Shown here: piece after piece, positions 9,147-16,117 of the stretch | Position numbering within the stretch: the first letter of the stretch is position 1 | Layout: each line of letters opens with the position of its first letter | From: an uncultured archaeon | GTDB lineage: Archaea; Altiarchaeota; Altiarchaeia; JAFGQM01 | NCBI GenBank assembly: GCA_964592405.1 | Contig: CAZQBY010000004.1 | Span: forward strand, 18,034-42,339 | Direction of reading: 5' to 3' | Length of the DNA: 24,306 bases | The notes under the pieces: model-generated | Told to the model about the DNA's origin: nothing | Database searches by the model: none | Seen by the model: only the letters and a program-made list of their open reading frames with translations | Program-made: the position numbers and the translations under genes

Positions 9147-9517
9147 TTTTTGATTATGACATCAGAAACGAACTCGAGCCTCCTTAATTTGCGCGCAAGT
9201 GAACTTAAATCTCCAGAATATTTGCCGGTGACATCCCACTCGGCCGACTTCTCCCTTTCTAAACTGCGCGACTCGCTCATGATGATGTCAAAGTCCTCTT
9301 TTGATAAAAAATCGGCTATCCTCGCTAGCGTCCCCGGGGCGTCGCCCATGATTATGCGCATCCCGCAGACCTTCTTGTCGAACACCGGTGAGATGACAGC
9401 GGTCCTGCCCTCAACAGCTATCAGGACTTCCATGCCGGTATCCAAATTGACAGCCTTCCTGATTCCTGCGGGAATAAGCACCCTGCCCTTCTCATCAATT
9501 CTGGAGATTTCTTGCAT
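9143..9517 (-). CDS. AbrB/MraZ-like DNA-binding domain fused to an ACT domain; putative regulator
   Basis: N-terminal IDEKGRVLIPAGIRK (swapped-hairpin signature) and C-terminal DAPGTLARIADFL...DI (ACT). ATGA overlap with hisS. Confidence 0.82.
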   Translation of the reverse strand: MQEISRIDEKGRVLIPAGIRKAVNLDTGMEVLIAVEGRTAVISPVFDKKVCGMRIIMGDAPGTLARIADFLSKEDFDIIMSESRSLEREKSAEWDVTGKYSGDLSSLARKLRRLEFVSDVIIKK

Positions 9518-9522
9518 TCTGG

Positions 9523-9569
9523 TAAGTGGGAAAAAAATCCCACTTAATTTGAGGGTAAGGGTATAAAAA
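9523..9569 (-). promoter_or_regulatory. his-operon promoter with palindromic operator
   Basis: Minus-strand TTTTTATA at 9562-9569. Perfect inverted repeat TAAGTGGGA-N6-TCCCACTTA (9523-9546) between the TATA box and ATG 9517. Confidence 0.65.
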
Positions 9570-9588
9570 CCTTTGCGAAAATCCCTGG

Positions 9589-9628
9589 GACCGGCTTTTA
9601 TGCTTTATGACCGGCTTTTATGCCTTAT
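9589..9628 (+). repeat. 20-bp tandem repeat x2 containing a TATA-like box
   Basis: GACCGGCTTTTATGCTTTAT / GACCGGCTTTTATGCCTTAT (one mismatch). Confidence 0.85.
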
Positions 9629-9645
9629 ATTTCTATGTATAGAAA

Positions 9646-10806
9646 ATGTCGCCCAGAGCAAAAGGTGTTAGGGAATTAGTGCGCCGAGCGGCATTATTCC
9701 CACCAAAACCGCGCATGCCACCACTAAAGCAAGTCAAGAAACAGGACCCGGATACCTTCAAAAGGTTCCAGAAATTGCTGACAGATTTTGCTGACAAGGC
9801 GCCGCTAGAGAATCTTAAGCTGGAAGAACCGGAGCTAGGGCCAAGAGCCAAATGGTACAGGAAAGAGGATCCCAATCACCAAGTCTGGTATGAGATGAGA
9901 CGCATAGGGCTCGGTGGCAATCATGTGAAGATTGCTCTGGCTTACACTGACAGGGCCAGGAATATAGACATCCCCCATAATCTTGTGCCGCCAAAGGGCC
10001 AGAAACGCGTTCTGGTAGTCAGGGGGGGCAGGGTAGTTTCAGAACATCCCCATCTGATATCCTGGCTGGGCACGGATCCGGATCCGACGGCAATGCAGGT
10101 GGTACTCACTCATGATTCCATGGAGATACACTATCCGGGATATGATGGCAGGGTGCACAGAAGGGATCCAAGGACTCTCGAGGCTCCAATAGGCACCACC
10201 ACCAACTCTAGATACATGCGCCTAACCGGCCCATTCAGGGTCAAATATGATCCCAAGAAGGCACCACCTCTGCCAAAGCGTGAGAGGAGTTTTGTGCGCC
10301 AGGATCTGGGTCTTGGGCCAGTCAGATGGCTTTTGTCGGGCAGAAGTGTGAACACTATCATAAAGCGCCCTCATCGCCTACTGCTTATGGGCTATGTCAG
10401 GGATGAGATCACCCGCGAGGGTAAGCCGGGGAACCTGGCCAGGGCATTGGGCAAGGGCGAGAAAGCCCAGTTGCTGGTAGGGACCTATCTCAAACATGCA
10501 CGGCAGTCGGAAGCCAAGAAGAACCACCCCATAATCAGGGAGATTTTAGCCCCTGCGCTGGCAAATCATCCGGCCGGAAAGGTCCTAAAGGCGCACAACC
10601 ATGCAGGCTTAGAGGGCGTAAGGATATTTGCCGCCATACCTGATACAGGAGCTGCCAATAGCTACTACAGGGCCTATCGGAGGACCATGTCCAAGCTTCC
10701 TCCTTCAAGACTGCCGAAGCTGACTGATGCATTGATAAGAGCATATAAGAAAGGACAGCCCCCAGAAGAGGCGGTTAGGGAGTTCCTACCCCGGCCAAAG
10801 CACTGA
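9646..10806 (+). CDS. Hypothetical basic (R/K/P-rich) protein
   Basis: 386-aa ORF with a TATA-like box ~24 nt upstream. No recognisable motif. Confidence 0.75.
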   Translation: MSPRAKGVRELVRRAALFPPKPRMPPLKQVKKQDPDTFKRFQKLLTDFADKAPLENLKLEEPELGPRAKWYRKEDPNHQVWYEMRRIGLGGNHVKIALAYTDRARNIDIPHNLVPPKGQKRVLVVRGGRVVSEHPHLISWLGTDPDPTAMQVVLTHDSMEIHYPGYDGRVHRRDPRTLEAPIGTTTNSRYMRLTGPFRVKYDPKKAPPLPKRERSFVRQDLGLGPVRWLLSGRSVNTIIKRPHRLLLMGYVRDEITREGKPGNLARALGKGEKAQLLVGTYLKHARQSEAKKNHPIIREILAPALANHPAGKVLKAHNHAGLEGVRIFAAIPDTGAANSYYRAYRRTMSKLPPSRLPKLTDALIRAYKKGQPPEEAVREFLPRPKH

Positions 10807-10846
10807 AATCCCTTATCTTTTTATGCCTTTGGCGATAAATCATAAC

Positions 10847-11068
10847 ATGATGAGGCCTTCCAGAAAGCCATCGGGCATCGCGAGAAGGTCCACCACTGCT
10901 GAAAGGGCGCACGGCAGGCGGGTGGAGCTTGCTGTCCAGCGACATGGACAGGGTCCGGTCAAGGCTTTCCTCACCAGATACGGGCCGGAGGCTATTGGAG
11001 CATTGTTAAGACATGCCAGTATTGCAGAAGCTGAGGCAGAAATGCAGAAAAAGGCTGGAAAGAGATGA
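10847..11068 (+). CDS. Small basic hypothetical protein
   Basis: Start re-called to ATG 10847 (MMRPSRKP...) because the track start at 10823 lies inside a TATA-like box. ATGA overlap with yjbQ. Confidence 0.55.
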   Translation: MMRPSRKPSGIARRSTTAERAHGRRVELAVQRHGQGPVKAFLTRYGPEAIGALLRHASIAEAEAEMQKKAGKR

Positions 11069-11484
11069 CAGTTGAGATCTATGAGATAACTGTTGATACC
11101 CAGGGCAGGAGCGACATGGTGGACATAACGCAGACAGTCGCTGAGATAGTGGAGAAATCAAAAATTTCTGACGGCCTTGTCAACATCTTCGTTTCAGGCT
11201 CAACCGGCTCGGTTTCAACAGTGGAGTACGAGCCAGGTTTGCTGAAAGACGTCCCCCGCGCGCTGGACAAGATAGCCCCCTACGGCCCGGACTACGCGCA
11301 TCATGAGACCTGGCATGATGACAACGGCGCCGGCCATGTCCGCGCGACTCTCATGGGCCCTGGAATAACTGTCCCATTCAAGGATAAGCGGCTTTTGCTT
11401 GGCACGTGGCAGCAGCTCGTCCTCATTGACCATGACACGCGCCCCAGAAGCAGGAGGCTCGTGCTGACGTTGATTGGCGACTAG
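11065..11484 (+). CDS. yjbQ: YjbQ/UPF0047 family protein
   Basis: EYEPGL, HHETWHDDNGAGHVRATLMG, LGTWQQ and terminal IGD. Confidence 0.92.
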   Translation: MTVEIYEITVDTQGRSDMVDITQTVAEIVEKSKISDGLVNIFVSGSTGSVSTVEYEPGLLKDVPRALDKIAPYGPDYAHHETWHDDNGAGHVRATLMGPGITVPFKDKRLLLGTWQQLVLIDHDTRPRSRRLVLTLIGD

Positions 11485-11513
11485 GGTTTTTGCAAACTTA
11501 TTGAATATTACTC

Positions 11514-11576
11514 GGAGCCTTTTTAACGAAAGCATTATAAACTTCAATAAATAATCTGCTAAAATAAAAAGGCTCC
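11514..11576 (+). promoter_or_regulatory. BRE-TATA promoter enclosed by a perfect 12-bp inverted repeat
   Basis: GGAGCCTTTTTA (11514-11525) and TAAAAAGGCTCC (11565-11576) flank CGAAAGCATTATAAA (11527-11541). Confidence 0.55.
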
Positions 11577-11627
11577 TGCGTCATACTATCGACTGCTTCG
11601 CTCTCTCGTTCGCCTTGCAGGCTCACC

Positions 11628-11720
11628 ACATAACAGCGATTAAGAGGAAAAATCTTGCAGATTTTTCCCAAATTTGCTCCACTTCGTTTCGCAAACTTCT
11701 CTTAATCGCATATGTTGTGC
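11628..11720 (+). mobile_element. attC-like integron cassette recombination site
   Basis: ACATAAC (11628-11634) ... GTTGTGC (11714-11720) cores. Perfect 11-bp stem GCGATTAAGAG/CTCTTAATCGC. Two inner hairpins, GGAAAAATCT/AGATTTTTCC and TTTGC/GCAAA. Lies next to an AT-rich gene pair. Confidence 0.65.
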
Positions 11721-11792
11721 GAAATTCGGCTCGGGCCCCAGTTTACTTGTTTCCATCTCAATAACTTTATAAAAAGAATCCAATAAACTATT

Positions 11793-12245
11793 ATGAATGT
11801 ATTACTTCACTTTTTGTTAAGTTATATAGTAATTGATAGCGTATTTGGCAATGCTTTTAATTATATCATCTACATACTTGTTTTTTCTACAATAATTGAC
11901 CTGGACCATATCCCTTATATATTGAAGGTGAAGAAAAATCTTTTGCATAAAAAATTTGGTTCAGAGTCAAGATCAAGGTTTCATGAATTTTACGGATTAA
12001 TTTTATTCTCATTGGGAATTTCTATACTTTCTCCTTTTTTTGACATTATCTTAATGAAAGTTGTTGCTATATCCATTATTCTGCATTATGCCGCCGATTT
12101 TTTATTAGGAAAAACTAGGCCGTTTTATCCATTTTCTAAAAAAGAGGTTTCTTTGCATATTTGCCCTGAGAAATATAGAATCCATTTTGAAGTGATACTA
12201 ACCTTAATGCTAGGTGCGATACTGTGGTTAAACATAATAAGTTAA
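11793..12245 (+). CDS. Membrane-bound metal-dependent hydrolase (YdjM-like)
   Basis: N-terminal His, DLDH, RSRFH and HYAAD motifs, several TM segments, own TATA (CTTTATAAA ~11765), very AT-rich. Confidence 0.75.
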   Translation: MNVLLHFLLSYIVIDSVFGNAFNYIIYILVFSTIIDLDHIPYILKVKKNLLHKKFGSESRSRFHEFYGLILFSLGISILSPFFDIILMKVVAISIILHYAADFLLGKTRPFYPFSKKEVSLHICPEKYRIHFEVILTLMLGAILWLNIIS

Positions 12246-12664
12246 AATGCGTTGGGAAAATAAGAGAAGTAACTGACCATATTTTCCTAAAAATACCTCT
12301 GCCAAAAGTAAATCCTAATATAATTTCAGGTTTATCAATATTAACAAGTTTGATTTTTATTTTAACCTTGGAGTATTCTTCAATACTGGCATTTATCTTC
12401 ATCATAATAACTCTTTTACTTGATTGGTTCGATGGTTTGACTGCTAAAAAGTATAACCTATGTTCAAAAGAAGGCTATATAGTTGATGTAACTTCTGATA
12501 GACTCTCCGAAGGAATAATGTTTGTACCATTCTTTGAGCCCTGGTTTTATTTATTCGTTTTAAATACTATTCTAACCGTTTTCAGTTTCACTAAGAATAA
12601 ACACATAATTATTCCACTTAGACACATATTTCTAATATATTTCTTCTTTAGTTTCATTTTTTAG
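12224..12664 (+). CDS. CDP-alcohol phosphatidyltransferase family protein
   Basis: PNxIS plus DWFDGLTAKK-x6-GYIVDVTSDR, matching DxxDGxxAR...GxxxDxxxD with R>K. GTG start preceded by AGGTG. Confidence 0.85.
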   Translation: MVKHNKLKCVGKIREVTDHIFLKIPLPKVNPNIISGLSILTSLIFILTLEYSSILAFIFIIITLLLDWFDGLTAKKYNLCSKEGYIVDVTSDRLSEGIMFVPFFEPWFYLFVLNTILTVFSFTKNKHIIIPLRHIFLIYFFFSFIF

Positions 12665-12749
12665 GAAACATGCATCCCCCAAACACCCGCCCGAGCCGGG
12701 CATCCGGACGCGACTACGGCGACTACGACAACCAGTGGGAGGATTACTA

Positions 12750-12983
12750 TTAGCAGGGCTGTGGAGTCAAAAAGGCGCCCATCGACTGCTTCCTCTGCCT
12801 GAACCTCTTGCTCATCCTGAACTTCAGCCCAAGCGGCATGCTGTGCGCCAGGTCTATGGGTGGTCTGCGCATCTGCATTCCAAGTTTCACCCCCAAGTCC
12901 CTCCAGTGGGAGTCCCCCTCGGACATCGGCCGGGTCCTCCCGCGCCCGTACACGTTATATCTGAACGCCCTTCTCCTCACCAT
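12750..12983 (-). CDS. Small Arg-rich hypothetical protein
   Basis: ATG overlaps the enolase stop (ATGGTGA) and the ORF fills otherwise unexplained GC-rich space. No motif. Confidence 0.45.
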   Translation of the reverse strand: MVRRRAFRYNVYGRGRTRPMSEGDSHWRDLGVKLGMQMRRPPIDLAHSMPLGLKFRMSKRFRQRKQSMGAFLTPQPC

Positions 12984-14245
12984 TTCTTCCCCGCGTACTT
13001 CGCCCTCGCGCCCAGCTCATCCTCTATGCGCAGGAGGCGGTTGTACTTGGCAAGCCTCTCCGAGCGCGCAGGCGCGCCCGCCTTTATCTGGCTTGCGCCT
13101 ATGCCCACTGCCAAGTCAGCTATGAAAGAGTCCTCGGTCTCCCCGCTGCGGTGCGAAACCGTCACTCGCCAGTCCGCTCCCTCCGCCATCCTCGCGGCGC
13201 CCAGCGACTCGGTTATGGTCCCTATCTGGTTGACCTTCAGGAGCAGCGAGTTGCATTCGTTTAGCTGGATGGCCTTCTCTATCCTCCTGACGTTGGTCAC
13301 CAGCAAATCGTCGCCCGTTATCTGTATCTTGTCCCCCAGGGCCTCGGTCAGCGCGGCCCAGCCGCTCCAGTCGTCCTCAGCCATGCCGTCCTCCAGCGAG
13401 GCTATGCCCTCGCTCAAACAGAGCTCCCTCCAGAAGTCCACCAGCTCCTTGGCGTCGTAGACGTTACCGGCGAGGTGGTAGGTCTGCTCATGCTTGTTGT
13501 AGAACTCGCTGGCAGCAGCGTCTATGGCCATCGGCATCTCCGCGTGGCCCGCCATCTCGGCCGCATCCTTCATTATCCCCAGCCGCTCCCTGACATCATC
13601 TATCGCCGGGACGAATCCGCCCTCGTCGCCCAGCTGTATGCCGCGCGCTCCGAACTTTTTCTTGAGCATCCTCCTGAGGGCGTGGTAGGCCTCTGCCCCT
13701 GCCACGAGCGCGTCCCTGAAACTCTTCTCCCTGATGGGCATGTACATGCACTCCTGAATATCATACTCCAGACCTGCATGTTTTCCACCGTTGATGACGT
13801 TGAGCTGTGGTATCGGGAGGGTGTCCGCCCTGCAGCCGTACAGCTTGCCGATGTACTTGTACAATGGCATGCCGGAGGCTGCCGCCCCCGCCCTGCAGAC
13901 AGCCATGCTCACGCCGACTATGGCGTTGGCGCCCAGCCTCTCTTTAATCGGCGTGCCGTCCAGCTCTATCATAGCTTGGTCTATCTCCTCCTGCTTTGTG
14001 GGGTCCATGCCCTTGAGCCTCCTGGCTATCGGCCCATTGACGTTCCCGACCGCTTTCAAGACGCCCTTGCCGCCTAGGCGCTTCTCACCATCCCTGAGCT
14101 CCAGTGCCTCGTGCGTGCCAGTTGACGCTCCGCTGGGGACAATGGCCGTGAAGACGCCGTCGTTGGTTTCCAGCTCAACTTCAACAGTCGGGTTGCCTCT
14201 GGAGTCGAACACCTCCCTCGCCCTCACGGATTTTATCTTGGCCAT
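12977..14245 (-). CDS. eno: Enolase
   Basis: DSRGNPTVE, PSGASTG, GDEGGF, GDDL, LLKVNQIG and SHRSGETED. Confidence 0.98.
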   Translation of the reverse strand: MAKIKSVRAREVFDSRGNPTVEVELETNDGVFTAIVPSGASTGTHEALELRDGEKRLGGKGVLKAVGNVNGPIARRLKGMDPTKQEEIDQAMIELDGTPIKERLGANAIVGVSMAVCRAGAAASGMPLYKYIGKLYGCRADTLPIPQLNVINGGKHAGLEYDIQECMYMPIREKSFRDALVAGAEAYHALRRMLKKKFGARGIQLGDEGGFVPAIDDVRERLGIMKDAAEMAGHAEMPMAIDAAASEFYNKHEQTYHLAGNVYDAKELVDFWRELCLSEGIASLEDGMAEDDWSGWAALTEALGDKIQITGDDLLVTNVRRIEKAIQLNECNSLLLKVNQIGTITESLGAARMAEGADWRVTVSHRSGETEDSFIADLAVGIGASQIKAGAPARSERLAKYNRLLRIEDELGARAKYAGKKW

Positions 14246-14246
14246 C

Positions 14247-14942
14247 TTATAACAGCGACTTGGTTAGCTCTTTGGCCGCAGCGTTCATGTCCCTGGCCCC
14301 GTAAATGCCCCTGCCGACTATGGCATGCCACTTGTCGCCTGCAGCCTTGGCCGACTCGCTTATCTCGCCGCCCTGTGCCACCAGACCGGGGGAATAGAGG
14401 ATGCAATCCCCTAAGAGCTCCTTGTAGTGTAAAATCCTCTCTGGCTTGTTTCCCGGAACAACGAAGTCCCTCACGCCGCTCTCCCTCGCGATGACGTAAA
14501 TCCTGTCAATCGAAGCATCATCCAGCCACCCGCCCTCGCTGAGCTTGTAGCCGGGATGGGTCATCTCGCCGCCTACTATGACGCCCAGCCCCCTGCCCTT
14601 GCAGGCATCTATCCACGCCTTTTCGGTCTCCGGCCCGGCCTGCGGGAAGAGTATGACTGCATCCACGCCGGCCTCCTTGCAGACGTCGGCGAACAGCTGG
14701 CTGGTGTGGGGTATGTCAGTTGCGGCCTTCTGGTGGTCATAGATTATTGGCAGATTGGTCCTGGCCCTTATGGTCTTGCAGACGGTGGGCAACCCATACT
14801 TGAGAGCGAGGCCGAAACCCACCTTGTAAGCCCCGATGCCCTCGACCTGGCAGGTCGCATCGACCAGCCGCTCCAGCTCCTTAAGAGAGCCTACGTCGCA
14901 CGCAGGTATGACGCTCCTGTCGCGCTTTATTATATCACCCAT
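14247..14942 (-). CDS. pyrF: Orotidine 5'-phosphate decarboxylase
   Basis: IPACD, YKVG, DHQKAATDIPHT, SPG and IVGRGIY. Start re-called to ATG 14942. Confidence 0.88.
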   Translation of the reverse strand: MGDIIKRDRSVIPACDVGSLKELERLVDATCQVEGIGAYKVGFGLALKYGLPTVCKTIRARTNLPIIYDHQKAATDIPHTSQLFADVCKEAGVDAVILFPQAGPETEKAWIDACKGRGLGVIVGGEMTHPGYKLSEGGWLDDASIDRIYVIARESGVRDFVVPGNKPERILHYKELLGDCILYSPGLVAQGGEISESAKAAGDKWHAIVGRGIYGARDMNAAAKELTKSLL

Positions 14943-14963
14943 GCCGAGTAGTTTAAATGACAA

Positions 14964-14980
14964 AGCAATATAAATAAGCC
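14964..14980. promoter_or_regulatory. Probable shared bidirectional TATA box (pyrF / MBL gene)
   Basis: AATATAAATAA is centred in a 56-bp divergent gap, about 20-30 nt from both ATGs. Confidence 0.45.
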
Positions 14981-14998
14981 TTGCGTTAAATAGACGCG

Positions 14999-15595
14999 AT
15001 GAAACTGGAACCGTTCTTCTCGGACGGAATATCGTCGAACATATATCTGCTGGAGGGCGACAGGAATCTGCTCATAGACGCAGGCATGGAGCCGTTCGAC
15101 ATGAGGGACATAGACATTCTGGTCCTGACCCACTGCCACTTCGACCATTCTGCAATGGCCCGGGACATTCAGGACAAGACAGGCTGCGAGATATGGATGA
15201 GTGCGCAGGAGGCAGAGTTCTTCGAAGACAAGCGCGCGGATGCGAGCGCGGCGAAATACTTTGACTTTCCTGTCGATTTGGATTTCACAATAGAAAAGCG
15301 GCTGGAGGACGGCGATGTCGTTGATCTGGGCGATACCAAATTGCGCGCGCTTTTAACCCCGGGTCACACCCCCGGCGGGCTGTGTTTGTACGAGCCGGAG
15401 TCAAAAGCCCTCTTCTCCGGCGACACGGTCTTCGCCCGGGGGTTTGGCCGGTATGACCTTTTGGGAGGCGATGTCGGGAAGCTGCGTGCATCTATAAGAC
15501 GCTTGTCGGAGCTGGATGTTGCAGAGCTCTACCCGGGCCACGGGCCGGCGCTGAAGGAGGGTGTGAATGATTATCTGAAAGCGATTGTAGTGTAA
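14999..15595 (+). CDS. MBL-fold metallo-hydrolase (glyoxalase II-like)
   Basis: THCHFDH, TPGHTPG, FSGD and YPGHG. Confidence 0.92.
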   Translation: MKLEPFFSDGISSNIYLLEGDRNLLIDAGMEPFDMRDIDILVLTHCHFDHSAMARDIQDKTGCEIWMSAQEAEFFEDKRADASAAKYFDFPVDLDFTIEKRLEDGDVVDLGDTKLRALLTPGHTPGGLCLYEPESKALFSGDTVFARGFGRYDLLGGDVGKLRASIRRLSELDVAELYPGHGPALKEGVNDYLKAIVV

Positions 15596-15596
15596 C

Positions 15597-15935
15597 TCAG
15601 GCGGATGCAGGAGCCTTCTTCATAGACCCGAGCAGCTTTTCAGTCCCCATCTCTGTCAGGACTGCATCCAGCTCCAGTATCTTTTTAACCACAGGGTTCT
15701 TTGTGTCGAGCATGTAAAGCACCCCATTCCCTATCCTCCGGGTCTCCCTCAGCATCCCCAGCTTAACCAACACCGGCCAGATCTTCTCCAGCGTGGGCCT
15801 CGAAACCCTTGCCCCCTCAACGATATCCGTCTTCGTGCAGTCGTACAGCTTATTCTCTATAAGGAAGTCTATCACCCTGACCATCGGACTACTCCCGAAT
15901 GCCTTCAGAAAGAAGCTGTCGTCTTCCCGGATCAT
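15597..15935 (-). CDS. Winged helix-turn-helix transcriptional regulator
   Basis: RVIDFL, KTDIVEGARVSRPTLEKIWPVL (HTH) and TRRIGNGVLY (wing). Confidence 0.8.
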   Translation of the reverse strand: MIREDDSFFLKAFGSSPMVRVIDFLIENKLYDCTKTDIVEGARVSRPTLEKIWPVLVKLGMLRETRRIGNGVLYMLDTKNPVVKKILELDAVLTEMGTEKLLGSMKKAPASA

Positions 15936-15954
15936 GGTTATTCTAGGGATTTGA

Positions 15955-15988
15955 TATATAAAAATGGATACAGTTTAAATGTATCCAT
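15955..15988 (-). promoter_or_regulatory. TATA box with abutting palindromic operator of the wHTH gene
   Basis: Perfect ATGGATACA-N7-TGTATCCAT (15964-15988) directly upstream of minus-strand TTTTTATATA (15955-15964). Confidence 0.65.
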
Positions 15989-16117
15989 AATTTAAAATCC
16001 TTTTGTTCTTATATCCCATCTAAATAAGCGCTCAGAGTCTGGCCTGTTTTATTTGTAGGGCAGTCCTAGTGTCGTTCAATTCAATTTCAGAAACAAAATC
16101 TTTGTGTCCTACATACA

